A stretch of 64,000 nucleotides of DNA from an archaeon. Its GTDB lineage: Archaea > Nanobdellota > Nanobdellia > Pacearchaeales > GW2011-AR1. Made by a program: the position numbers and the translations under genes. Below the pieces are notes generated by a model, which was not told the DNA's origin, made no database searches, and was given only the letters and a program-made list of their open reading frames with translations. Positions 18,570 through 27,534 of this stretch are shown piece by piece. Within the stretch, counting starts at the first letter, position 1. Each line of letters begins with the position of its first letter. Where the stretch lies: positions 8,006 through 72,005 of the forward strand of contig JAACWB010000004.1 in the NCBI GenBank assembly GCA_009992215.1. The letters are read 5' to 3'.

Positions 18570-19412
18570 ATGTCAAAAGTAATTATTTCAAGCAAAAATT
18601 TCTCAAAAATTAAAGAAAAAATATTAGGGGGAGGAATTGAAAACTTGCATGTTCTAGCAGATTTTGATAAAACTTTGACAAAGGCGCACGTGAATGGAGT
18701 TCCAACTTCTTCGATTATTTCTGAACTTAGAAATAGAAATATTTTAAGTGAGGATTATCAAAATGAAGCAAAAAGGCTTTTTTCGGAATATCATCCAATA
18801 GAACTTGATCACACTTTGGAACCTGAAGTTCGTGATGCCAAAATGAAGGAGTGGTGGATTAAAATTTTTGATTTGTTAATTAAAGAGAGAGTAAATTTGA
18901 GTCATTTGAAGGAAGTTATTGAAGCTGGAAAAATTGAATTAAGAGAAGGTGTTAGTGATATGTTGAAATTTTTACGGGACCATAAAATTCCATTAGTTAT
19001 TTTATCTGCTTCGGGAATTGGGGACTTAATCCCAATGTATCTGGAGAAACAAGGGCTTCTTTACAAGAATATAACAATTGTTTCTAACTTCTTTGAATGG
19101 GACAGCGAAGGTTACGCTCGTTTTCCAAAGCCCCCAATAATTCACTCTGAAAATAAAGGTGAAGCGCAGTTAGAGAAACTTGAAATTTACAAGGAATTAG
19201 AAAAAAGAAAAAATGTTTTACTTTTGGGAGATTCTCTGGGGGATGTTGAAATGATTGGAGAATTCCCTTATGAAAATTTAATTAAGATTGGATTTTTGAA
19301 TGAAGAGATTGACAAAAGAATGGATGCATATAAAGAAATATTTGATTTAATTATTCCAAATGATGGAGACATTAATTTTGTGAATGAATTCTTGAATGAG
19401 TTTAAACTTTGA
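18570..19412 (+). CDS. HAD-superfamily hydrolase, pyrimidine 5'-nucleotidase (UMPH-1)-like
   Basis: 280 aa. HAD motif I LADFDKTLT and a C-terminal GDSLGD (motif IV-like). Confidence 0.55.
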   Translation: MSKVIISSKNFSKIKEKILGGGIENLHVLADFDKTLTKAHVNGVPTSSIISELRNRNILSEDYQNEAKRLFSEYHPIELDHTLEPEVRDAKMKEWWIKIFDLLIKERVNLSHLKEVIEAGKIELREGVSDMLKFLRDHKIPLVILSASGIGDLIPMYLEKQGLLYKNITIVSNFFEWDSEGYARFPKPPIIHSENKGEAQLEKLEIYKELEKRKNVLLLGDSLGDVEMIGEFPYENLIKIGFLNEEIDKRMDAYKEIFDLIIPNDGDINFVNEFLNEFKL

Positions 19413-20271
19413 TTTCACCAAATTGCCAAGAACGAAGTATTTCACGTGCTGCGGCGTCTTCGTTCACAACTCCGCCTTTTTTCATGAAACCTTTTATTTT
19501 TCCTACTTCTTCAATTAATTCTTCTGAATCTTCTGCATTTACATTGTAAAAATTGTTTAATGCGTCGGAATGCTTTTTGAATAAATCTAGTACAACTAAA
19601 TCTGGGTCTCTCACTTGAGTGTAACTTTTTCCTCCAGCTAGAGTGTGTTTTGAAATTTTTTCTTGGTCTGTTACAGAATAATCTTCTTTTGGAATTACTC
19701 CAGGGGAATCCACTAAAACAATGTCTTCTGAAAGTCTTATTTTTTGAACGTTTTTTGTGAAACCTGCTTCAGAACCAACTCCCGCTTTTGAACTACCTGA
19801 TAAAATATTTAGTAGAGAACTTTTTCCTGCATTCGGGTAACCAATTACTCCAACTTTTATTCTTTTGTCTTCTCCTAAAATTACCTTGTCCTTTCTTAAT
19901 TCACGCATTTCACGGTTCTCAATTGTTTTTGCGAGTCTTTTGATTAAATCGCGTAAATCCTTTATTCCCTTTCTTTTTGTACAAGAGACAATTGCGTAAG
20001 GAAAAACTGTTCCTTTTATTTCATTTAATCTTGAAGGTTTCACTAAATCTGCTTTGTTTAACACGTAAATTATTTTTTTATTCTGTTTTTCTATTTCTTT
20101 TTCTAATTCGGGATTTCTTGTCTCTTGCAAGAATCTTGCGTCAAGAACTTCTAGAATTATGTCTGAAGTGTCAACTATGTTTTTTGCAACTTGAGGATAT
20201 TTTACTCTTTGCTTTCGAATTTTTTCAATGTGTCCTGTTCTTCTTGATGAAAAACTATATCTTACTCTCAT
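19402..20271 (-). CDS. circularly permuted ribosome-biogenesis GTPase (YlqF/RbgA/Nug1 family)
   Basis: 289 aa. G4 (NKADL) precedes G1 (GYPNAGKSS) and G3 (DSPG), which is the permuted order. Confidence 0.7.
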   Translation of the reverse strand: MRVRYSFSSRRTGHIEKIRKQRVKYPQVAKNIVDTSDIILEVLDARFLQETRNPELEKEIEKQNKKIIYVLNKADLVKPSRLNEIKGTVFPYAIVSCTKRKGIKDLRDLIKRLAKTIENREMRELRKDKVILGEDKRIKVGVIGYPNAGKSSLLNILSGSSKAGVGSEAGFTKNVQKIRLSEDIVLVDSPGVIPKEDYSVTDQEKISKHTLAGGKSYTQVRDPDLVVLDLFKKHSDALNNFYNVNAEDSEELIEEVGKIKGFMKKGGVVNEDAAAREILRSWQFGEIKV

Positions 20272-20306
20272 AAAAAATTAAAGAAATTTGGGTTTAATTA
20301 GGTTTC

Positions 20307-20567
20307 TTAGAACTCTGGTTTTAGAACAGGTTTTAATTTTTCTTTTGGAACTCTTTTTGTATTAATTATGAATTCTCTTTTCTTTTCAAAAGGAGGAATT
20401 TCTTTGTATCTTACAATTTCATTTAAGAAAAAAGTTAGTCTCTCTCCGTCATCAGTTAGTACAGAAACTTCGTTTTTTAGGAATTTTCTAATTTTTGCCT
20501 TGTAATCAATAAACCTTCCTCTTCGTTTAATTTCTAAAAAATAATATTTGTCTAATTCTAATTCCAT
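20307..20567 (-). CDS. hypothetical basic protein
   Basis: 86-aa ORF. Confidence 0.3.
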   Translation of the reverse strand: MELELDKYYFLEIKRRGRFIDYKAKIRKFLKNEVSVLTDDGERLTFFLNEIVRYKEIPPFEKKREFIINTKRVPKEKLKPVLKPEF

Positions 20568-20589
20568 TTTAATTTAAGTTACCTGGAAT

Positions 20590-21054
20590 TTAATAAATTT
20601 CTTCTTCTGGCACTTCTTCTTCTTTTTTGAAAACTTCATTTTCGACTTTTGTTTCTTCTATTTCTTCTTCCTTTAACTCTTCAACTTTTTCTTTCTCTTT
20701 TTCTTTTAAGTGATCTTTTGCTTTAACGTACTTTTCCTCTGCATCTTCAAGTGTTTCTTTTTTTAGCAAGTTTTTTGCTTCATCAATTAATGAAACATTT
20801 TCTTTTTTGAATGATAATAAGATAAACAAGACTAATGCAATAAAGGCAATTAGGAAATAGTAAACAGAATTTATTTTGATTTTGTTCGTTTCATAAATTG
20901 AATAACCTGTCAAGAGAAAATTTTGTGCTTTTTCTTCGTTAATTGAGGAAATTATTTTATTTTGTAAATTGAATTCGTTTGTGAAAAAGTTTGATTTTGC
21001 TGCAATAAACAAAACACACAAGAATATTACAAAGAAAATGTTTTGTTTTTTCAT
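20590..21054 (-). CDS. hypothetical membrane/coiled-coil protein
   Basis: 154 aa. N-terminal TM, a second TM, and an E/K-rich C-terminus. Confidence 0.35.
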   Translation of the reverse strand: MKKQNIFFVIFLCVLFIAAKSNFFTNEFNLQNKIISSINEEKAQNFLLTGYSIYETNKIKINSVYYFLIAFIALVLFILLSFKKENVSLIDEAKNLLKKETLEDAEEKYVKAKDHLKEKEKEKVEELKEEEIEETKVENEVFKKEEEVPEEEIY

Positions 21055-21103
21055 TAATTGAAGACGAATTAATTTTTTAAAACAACATTATCGAATGTGT
21101 TCG

Positions 21104-21391
21104 TTATTTGTTATATTCGCTTTTTTTCTCTGTTAGGAAAAATAGTCTTTCTTCTTTGTTTAGTTTTTTACCTTTTTTCTCTCGAACAACATTAATTTCT
21201 TTTAACATTTCTAGTGACTTTAGTGTTGTTCTCCACTGTGAACCAATTTTATCAGAAATAGATTTTATTGATAATTCTTTTTCTTTTTTTAATAAAGTGT
21301 AAATTTCTTGTGTCACTTCCAAGATATTTCTTCTTGTCATATTTATTAGTGAATACATAAATTTAAATAGAATATATGTATAGTTAAACAT
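21104..21391 (-). CDS. small putative wHTH DNA-binding protein
   Basis: 95 aa, basic, with a helix-turn-helix-like central region. Confidence 0.3.
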   Translation of the reverse strand: MFNYTYILFKFMYSLINMTRRNILEVTQEIYTLLKKEKELSIKSISDKIGSQWRTTLKSLEMLKEINVVREKKGKKLNKEERLFFLTEKKSEYNK

Positions 21392-21573
21392 ATTATGAAA
21401 AGGACTCTATCGGAAATAAAAAATGAAGCAAAGAAGAGAGGTTTGGGGGAGATTGACAAAACTACTTTGATTCAGATTGGAATAATGTTTGCGATTGAAG
21501 ACCTTGGTGAAAAGAAGAATTTATCCAACGGGAAAAATTAATCTTTTATTGAAAGGTTGTATTTCTATTATTC

Positions 21574-22236
21574 ATGAAAATAAAAGATATAATTGAGAGA
21601 GAAAGACCAAAAGAAAAGTTTATTGAACTTGGTCCTGAATCTTTGAGTGATACTGAATTACTCTCGATTATTTTGAGAACAGGAATTATTAATGAAAATG
21701 TTTTGGAGCTTTCACATAAATTAATTAAAAAATATGGAATGAAAAATTTGTTTTCTTGTTCTGTTGAAGAGTTGTGTGAAATCAAAGGAATTGGAAAAAG
21801 TAAGGCCGTTCAAATATTAACAATTCCTGAACTTGTGAAAAGAATAAATTTGGGAAGTGAAAAAATTTCAAAAATAAAGTGTGGGAAGGATGTTTATAAT
21901 TTGATGAAGGAAAAATTAGAAGGAAAAACAAAAGAATATTTTTATTGTCTTTTACTTGATTCAAAAAATAAGATAATTAAAATAGAGAATGTTTCAGTTG
22001 GAATTTTGGATGCTTCAATTGTTCATCCGCGGGAAATTTTTAAGTCTGCAATTAAATCGTCTTCTTCTAGTATTATTCTTGTTCATAATCATCCGTCTGG
22101 AGAATCAACGCCATCTGAAGAAGATATCTCAATTACAAAGAAATTAATTGAATGTGGAGATTTACTCGGGATTAATGTAATAGATCATATCATTATTGGT
22201 AAAAATAATTATTGGAGCTATTTAGAAAACGAATAA
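21574..22236 (+). CDS. radC: RadC-family JAB/MPN domain protein
   Basis: 220 aa. N-terminal HhH-like region (ELLSIILRTG) and the JAMM motif ILVHNHPSGESTPSEED. Confidence 0.8.
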   Translation: MKIKDIIERERPKEKFIELGPESLSDTELLSIILRTGIINENVLELSHKLIKKYGMKNLFSCSVEELCEIKGIGKSKAVQILTIPELVKRINLGSEKISKIKCGKDVYNLMKEKLEGKTKEYFYCLLLDSKNKIIKIENVSVGILDASIVHPREIFKSAIKSSSSSIILVHNHPSGESTPSEEDISITKKLIECGDLLGINVIDHIIIGKNNYWSYLENE

Positions 22237-22237
22237 T

Positions 22238-22558
22238 TTACTTTCTTTTCTTTGCCTTCTTTCTTTTTGGAACAAGGCTCATTTTTTCTAGGAAGAAAAA
22301 AATCAAAAAGATTATCAAGAATAAAACTGCAATTGCACCCGAGATTATTGCGATGAACCCAAAGAATGCCATTAATACCTCTTCATTTGTTATGAAATAA
22401 ATTAATAATGAAATTGCAAAAGTGATAATAGAATAAATGAAGAGTCTACTTGAAAATCTTTCTCTTAGTTCGATTGCTTTTATTGTGAATTTCTCTTTTC
22501 TCGTTTGAACTTTTGGAGATTTCACTTTGGCCTGTTTTTTCACACTCTTTTTTGCCAT
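22238..22558 (-). CDS. small membrane protein with Lys-rich termini
   Basis: 106 aa with two TM helices. Confidence 0.35.
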   Translation of the reverse strand: MAKKSVKKQAKVKSPKVQTRKEKFTIKAIELRERFSSRLFIYSIITFAISLLIYFITNEEVLMAFFGFIAIISGAIAVLFLIIFLIFFFLEKMSLVPKRKKAKKRK

Positions 22559-22592
22559 GTTAACTATAGTAATTTTGAGTATATAAAAGTTT

Positions 22593-22937
22593 TCAGAGCT
22601 TCGCCCAGATTTCTTCTACTTTACTCGTGTCATTTACGACTGATTCGTTGTATTCTTTCCAATCTTGTTTTGAAGCGTAAGCTGTAATTGATTTTATGTT
22701 TGTGAAAACTGAACCCAACCAAGACATGTAGAGTTTTCCTGCTTTTATTATTCCATCAACAGTTTTGAAATCCACGTCTTTTCCCTTGAGACTTACGGTA
22801 AAACTAATGTATGTGAAAAGAATTAAGCCGATTAGAAAGATTGCAAAGAGTTTATGTTTTAATCGCTTTACTTCAATAAATACCCAGATAAAAACTATTA
22901 ATGCTGCCACGACAAAAAATGTTGCTCCAATTACCAT
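22593..22937 (-). CDS. hypothetical membrane protein
   Basis: 114 aa with two TM helices. Confidence 0.35.
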   Translation of the reverse strand: MVIGATFFVVAALIVFIWVFIEVKRLKHKLFAIFLIGLILFTYISFTVSLKGKDVDFKTVDGIIKAGKLYMSWLGSVFTNIKSITAYASKQDWKEYNESVVNDTSKVEEIWAKL

Positions 22938-23003
22938 GATAAAATAATGTAAGTTTGATATAAAAATATTCTTATTTACTTTGGAATAGAGAAATTAAAA
23001 GCT

Positions 23004-23447
23004 CTATTGAGAGACACATTCATTAATTTCAGGTATATTTGAATTTATGATTTTACCTTCTTTATCTAATTCAAAACTTAATTTTGAGTAACCAGCCGGC
23101 CTATCATTTCTTCCAGCAATAATGGGAACACGAAGTTCAATATTATAATTATTTCCTCTTTGTTCTAAAATGTATCTAACTCCTTGTTCAACGGGAATGT
23201 CTTCAAAATCTCCAACTTTAACATAATTGAATTGTGATACATTTCCTTTGTAATATCCTTTACAGATATTACAGTGAGAAAAAATTGCTTTTTCATCAAG
23301 ATTAAAACAGTAATTTTTAATTTCTGGATGAACTATCTCTAAAACTTCTTCATTTGAATAAGTTTTATCTTGAAATAAAAATGTAGAAACAAGAGCCAAA
23401 ACCAAAATAATAATTATTCCAGAAAAAATAAATAATTTTTTATTCAT
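23004..23447 (-). CDS. hypothetical secreted/membrane-anchored protein
   Basis: 147 aa with an N-terminal TM/signal sequence. Confidence 0.35.
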   Translation of the reverse strand: MNKKLFIFSGIIIILVLALVSTFLFQDKTYSNEEVLEIVHPEIKNYCFNLDEKAIFSHCNICKGYYKGNVSQFNYVKVGDFEDIPVEQGVRYILEQRGNNYNIELRVPIIAGRNDRPAGYSKLSFELDKEGKIINSNIPEINECVSQ

Positions 23448-23592
23448 AAAATAGATTGTAAAAAATTCTTTATAATTATTTCTATAAAATAAATATTCCT
23501 GATAAAAAATCTCCTCTCCCCCCTCTTTAGAGTCTGATTCTTGATTTATTACAAAGGATTCATTAAATATAAAAATAAAATTAATTGTGTTA

Positions 23593-23665
23593 TAGCGCTA
23601 CCCGGATTCGAACCGGGGTCACGGGATTCAGAGTCCCGTATCCTTGACCGCTAGACTATAGCGCT
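23593..23665 (-). tRNA. tRNA-Gln (anticodon CUG), intronless
   Basis: Minus-strand sequence AGCGCUA ... CGGGA-CUCUGAA-UCCCG ... CCCGG-UUCGAAU-CCGGG-UAGCGCU-A. Canonical cloverleaf with a palindromic acceptor stem. Confidence 0.85.
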
Positions 23666-23705
23666 GAACTAATTGAATTAAAGAAATTTATTTTTTATAC
23701 TTAAC

Positions 23706-23810
23706 GAATATGGATTCGAACCGAAGTCACGGCGAAAATCTTCTGAAAGTGTAATAAATGAACGAAATGAATTTAGAAATCTTTCACAGAATACGAACAG
23801 GGTAGCGCTA
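23706..23810 (+). repeat. tRNA-3'-end-mimic element copy 1 (T-arm-like segment, conserved hairpin, copy of tRNA-Gln 3' terminus)
   Basis: GGATTCGAACCGAAGTCACGG resembles the tRNA-Gln T-arm/variable region. A conserved hairpin has stem CTGAAAG/CTTTCA and a 31-nt loop. The element ends in GGGTAGCGCTA, identical to the last 11 nt of tRNA-Gln. Confidence 0.5.
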
Positions 23811-23820
23811 TTTAATAAAA

Positions 23821-24006
23821 TTAAAGTCTGATTTTACTTTCTCTTATTTTTTCAGAATGTTGATCGAGTCTGCCTGAGACTAGACATTTAAAACAAGTGT
23901 GAACACCAGAGGCATCTTTTACAATTCCTGTGTTGTTGCAGTCAGGACATTTTTCATTTTCCATTAGAAAAATAGTATTGTTCCATATATAAATACGATT
24001 ATTCAA
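23821..24006 (-). CDS. small zinc-ribbon protein
   Basis: 61 aa with CPDC ... CFKC. Confidence 0.35.
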   Translation of the reverse strand: MNNRIYIWNNTIFLMENEKCPDCNNTGIVKDASGVHTCFKCLVSGRLDQHSEKIRESKIRL

Positions 24007-24070
24007 AATACAATATCTTATACAAATATATTTAGATAAGATTTAAATAAATGATAGATTAATTCTGTTT

Positions 24071-24643
24071 ATGGACATAAATAAAATTCAAGAGACGTTA
24101 ATTCAGGTTTCGCTACGTATTGCAAAGCGAGGAGAGGGTGCACTTTTTGTAGTTGGTGAAATTGAACATAAGCCATTAGTTGATCAATCTGTTCCGCCAT
24201 TTAATGTTACTAAAAACCCGAAACTTCTTGAGTCGCTTGCATTAATGGATGGGGCTGTAATTATTGATAAACAAGGATTTATGCAGTCATACGGCGTTAG
24301 GGTGAAGAGTACAAAAGTTTTCAAGAATTATGGAACAAGGCACAGTGCTGCAATTAGTGCTGCGAAGGGAGACAACTTGGTTGTTATTGTTTCTGAGGAA
24401 GATAAAAAAATTAGAATCTTGAAAAAAGGTAAAATGATTATGCAAATTGATGCTCTTCAAAAAGATGTTGAGAAAAGTATTCCAAAGGCTATGCAAGTTT
24501 TGGAATCTATTGGAGCTGGAACTGTTGGAACAATTGGAACTAGTTTACTTCTTCCGGCGCTTGGAATTAGTTTTTTACCTGGAGTTATTGTATTTGGTTC
24601 TGTTTATTATTTGGGAAAAATTCTTCACAAGAAAAAGAAGTAA
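24071..24643 (+). CDS. diadenylate cyclase (DAC domain, DacZ-like) with C-terminal membrane anchor
   Basis: 190 aa. DAC signatures MDGAVIID and YGTRHSAAISAA (DGA / GTRHxAA) plus a C-terminal hydrophobic helix. Confidence 0.8.
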   Translation: MDINKIQETLIQVSLRIAKRGEGALFVVGEIEHKPLVDQSVPPFNVTKNPKLLESLALMDGAVIIDKQGFMQSYGVRVKSTKVFKNYGTRHSAAISAAKGDNLVVIVSEEDKKIRILKKGKMIMQIDALQKDVEKSIPKAMQVLESIGAGTVGTIGTSLLLPALGISFLPGVIVFGSVYYLGKILHKKKK

Positions 24644-24736
24644 GATTTTTACAAAATCCTTTTAAACGAAGAGAAATTATATTTGTTATCGGTATTTCCG
24701 ATAATTTGGATGGAGATTAAAATTTCTATCTTGGAA

Positions 24737-24900
24737 GCCCCAGTAGTATAGTGGCCAAGTACGCCGCCCTCTCAAGAAAATTAGATTACATAATCTGAGA
24801 AGAGGTGATTCTAATCTTGGTGAAAGAGGTGAATCTAGCGTCTCAACGCAACCATTTTCAGAGTACGGCGGTAACCCGAGTTCAAATCTCGGCTGGGGCG
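24737..24900 (+). tRNA. tRNA-Glu (anticodon CUC) with a roughly 90-nt intron at the canonical 37/38 position
   Basis: Exon 1 is GCCCCAG ... CCGCC-CUCUCAA. The intron spans about 24776-24866. Exon 2 is GGCGG ... CCGAG-UUCAAAU-CUCGG-CUGGGGC-G. Confidence 0.75.
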
Positions 24901-24933
24901 TAAAATATTCTAATTGAGTTTTAACGAGGGGAA

Positions 24934-25025
24934 CCCGATTCAAATCCGAGCATTTCTGAAAGTGTAATAAATGAACGAAGTGAATTTATATCAGCTTTCA
25001 CGGAATGTGAGTTAGGGCTGTGGCG
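24934..25025 (+). repeat. tRNA-3'-end-mimic element copy 2 (degenerate tRNA-Glu T-arm, conserved hairpin, copy of tRNA-Glu 3' terminus)
   Basis: CCCGATTCAAATCCGAG matches the tRNA-Glu T-arm CCGAGTTCAAATCTCGG. The same hairpin (CTGAAAG-TGTAATAAATGAACGAAGTGAATTTA-...-CTTTCAC) is present. The element ends in GGGCTGTGGCG versus GGCTGGGGCG in the tRNA. Confidence 0.5.
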
Positions 25026-25076
25026 TTTTGTTTTTAGTGAAGAAAGAATTAAATAATCTTTATATCTTGAGGAATT

Positions 25077-25589
25077 ATGAAAGACGATGGAATTGAATTA
25101 GCAAAATCTTGGTTTGAATTAACAAAAATACTTACAGTTTTAGCAGGATTATTTTTTGTATTAGCCTCTTTACATGCTAGTTCATATTCTTCTCTTAGGT
25201 ATAATTTAGATCTTCCTATGAAAGCGTGTCAATTTTCTCTAAATAATGATTTTGAAACTGTTCTTGGAATAAATTTAAGTTATGAAGATTGCGTTTCATT
25301 AATTGAAATTCAAATTCTAGATGAAATAGAAAAAAATCAAAAAATTACATATACTTTGGTTTTCTTGGGATTTCTTTCTATTCTTAATTCTTTCTTTTTT
25401 TGGATTGTGGGAAGACTAAAATTATCAAAAAATGAAATTAGACTTTGGCAAATAGTTTCTTTGTGGATATGTTTAAATTTTTTTTTAATTTTTTTATTTT
25501 ATTTATCTGTATTTGGATCTTATATTATTAGCAAACCAATTCAAATAGGAAATAAAACTATTGATCTATGTGATTATGGATATTGTTAA
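25077..25589 (+). CDS. hypothetical membrane protein
   Basis: 170 aa with multiple TM helices. Confidence 0.4.
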   Translation: MKDDGIELAKSWFELTKILTVLAGLFFVLASLHASSYSSLRYNLDLPMKACQFSLNNDFETVLGINLSYEDCVSLIEIQILDEIEKNQKITYTLVFLGFLSILNSFFFWIVGRLKLSKNEIRLWQIVSLWICLNFFLIFLFYLSVFGSYIISKPIQIGNKTIDLCDYGYC

Positions 25590-25669
25590 TCTTCCTTTTT
25601 TCCCCTTATTTTCCATTTCCCCAAATAATATAAAGTAATAGTTCTTGTTTATTTTACAAGGAGGCGAAA

Positions 25670-26074
25670 ATGGCTATAGATTTATTACCTGTTATTCCAA
25701 ATTGGATTTTTGTTTTGGGAAATGTTGTTCTAGGATTATTCGGAGTTGCAATTTATGTTTATCATGCGTTGGCGTGGCAAACTATTGGTAAAAAACAAAA
25801 GTACAAGAGGCCTTGGCTTGCATGGATTCCTTTTGCTAATGTGTCAATGATTCTTCAGATGGGAAGATTCAATTGGGCATGGGTCTTTTTGGTTTTGATT
25901 CCAATTCTTGGTTGGATTGCACTTTTCATTCTTCTAATACTTTCTATGTGGAGAATTTTTGAAAAGGCGAAATATCCTGGTTGGGCAAGTCTTTCAATGA
26001 TTTTACCAACAGTAGGCAAAGTTCTTTACTTAATTGTAATAGGATTAGTTGCTTGGAAGAAACCCAAAAAATAA
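25670..26074 (+). CDS. hypothetical small polytopic membrane protein
   Basis: 134 aa with 4 TM helices. Confidence 0.4.
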   Translation: MAIDLLPVIPNWIFVLGNVVLGLFGVAIYVYHALAWQTIGKKQKYKRPWLAWIPFANVSMILQMGRFNWAWVFLVLIPILGWIALFILLILSMWRIFEKAKYPGWASLSMILPTVGKVLYLIVIGLVAWKKPKK

Positions 26075-26092
26075 TTTAGTTTTTATTTTTAT

Positions 26093-26878
26093 TTATCTTT
26101 TTATTTCACTTACTTTTTTGTAAGGGATATAATTTTTTTCTAGAATTTCAATTATTTTGTCACGATCTTCGGCTTTTCCCACCCCTTTCCAGTCGATTAC
26201 GGCAAAATCAATTTCTTCAATTGTTTGATTGAATGCTTGTAATATCATCTCTTCAGTTATTGGAGAAACATATTTTGGAATTATGTGGGCGATTGCAACA
26301 TTTGAATCTAGTTGCAGTTTATTGAAGGCTGGACAATAATGTGGTCCGCCGATTCCAAATGCAATTTCATTGTAAGGATTTGGCTTGTAAGTTAAAATTG
26401 CCTCACGAATTGCTTTAGCGACAACAAAAGTTGCTTTTTTGTCTTTCCATTCTTCTTCAGTTCCGCCAACTTCAATAAAGACACAAGGAACATCAATTAA
26501 TGGGCCATGATGCGTGCACTCGAGTGTTACGTTATATCTAGTTAATCCGGATTTTTCTTTTTCTTCGTTTAATTTTTGAAATAAATATTTTTGAAAAAGT
26601 GCTGAAGCATGGTTTAGTCTACCTTCCTTTCCTCCGCCCCAAACTTCTCTGAAATTCCCTGGCGCGTGCAGTGACAAAGTTTTTTCTTTTGTTTCTGATT
26701 TATGCTTTGAAGCAAAGATTACCATATCATATTTACTTATTTTTTCTAAGTCTAAATTAGCTGAATCAAGAATACTCCCGTTTGAAACTGAATAGTCAAA
26801 TTTCTCTAAATCTAGAAGCTGTGTTAGGATATTTCTCCCTGCTGTGTCAAATTTGTCTGCTACTACAATGTATTTCAT
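26093..26878 (-). CDS. possible archaeal-type D-aminoacyl-tRNA deacylase (DtdA-like), tentative
   Basis: 261 aa. The size and the HAPGNF / GGPHYCPAF-type motifs are reminiscent of the DTD2 family, but this is a weak call. Confidence 0.35.
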   Translation of the reverse strand: MKYIVVADKFDTAGRNILTQLLDLEKFDYSVSNGSILDSANLDLEKISKYDMVIFASKHKSETKEKTLSLHAPGNFREVWGGGKEGRLNHASALFQKYLFQKLNEEKEKSGLTRYNVTLECTHHGPLIDVPCVFIEVGGTEEEWKDKKATFVVAKAIREAILTYKPNPYNEIAFGIGGPHYCPAFNKLQLDSNVAIAHIIPKYVSPITEEMILQAFNQTIEEIDFAVIDWKGVGKAEDRDKIIEILEKNYIPYKKVSEIKR

Positions 26879-26916
26879 ATAATTAAATATAAAAACCAGA
26901 TTTATTAAATATTATT

Positions 26917-27153
26917 ATGGAAGAGGTCATAAAAATTCTAATTGGAGTTTTAGTTTTAGCGCTTGGTTTTCCTTTAGGGGAGTTTCTAAAGCGCCTAACA
27001 CTCGATGAACAAGTGATTGGTAGAAAATATTTTATCATCCTAACTTACATTGGTCTCTCTGTTGGTCTCCTTGGACTTTTGTTTAACCGGGACTGGATTA
27101 TGTTTACTTTTTTCTTTATTGCAATTGTTACAAGCAGAAGCTTGAAGAAATAA
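26917..27153 (+). CDS. small membrane protein
   Basis: 78 aa with two TM helices. Confidence 0.3.
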   Translation: MEEVIKILIGVLVLALGFPLGEFLKRLTLDEQVIGRKYFIILTYIGLSVGLLGLLFNRDWIMFTFFFIAIVTSRSLKK

Positions 27154-27228
27154 ATTAATTTTGTTTTGGATTTTCAAAACATTTATATACTACTATGTTT
27201 TACAAAGTACTAAGCAATACAATGGAAA

Positions 27229-27534
27229 ATGGACACACAATTCAAAAAAGGTGTACTCGATTTATGTGTACTCTCAATATTGGAAAAGAAGGATCACTAC
27301 GGTTATGAACTTGTCCAGAAAATTTCAAAAAACATTTCGATTACGGAAGGAACACTCTACCCAATCCTTAAGAGATTGAAAAACGAGGGTTACCTTGAAA
27401 CTTACCTGAAGGAATCAAGTGAGGGGCCTTCAAGAAAATATTATTCCTTGACAAAAAAAGGAAACACAAAAGCAAAAAAACTAAAAGAAGAATGGATGGA
27501 ATTCACAAAGAAGATTGAAGAAATATTAAAATGA
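27229..27534 (+). CDS. PadR-family transcriptional regulator
   Basis: 101 aa with the PadR wHTH ([10 protein letters not shown] ... [17 protein letters not shown]). Confidence 0.8.
   Translation: MDTQFKKGVLDLCVLSILEKKDHYGYELVQKISKNISITEGTLYPILKRLKNEGYLETYLKESSEGPSRKYYSLTKKGNTKAKKLKEEWMEFTKKIEEILK

Noticed and set aside
24686-24943. 85-aa ORF on the minus strand
   Set aside because: It overlaps the intron-containing tRNA-Glu gene and is an artefact of the structured RNA region.
27161-27379. 72-aa ORF overlapping the PadR start
   Set aside because: It is out of frame with and overlaps the strongly supported PadR gene, with no motif.
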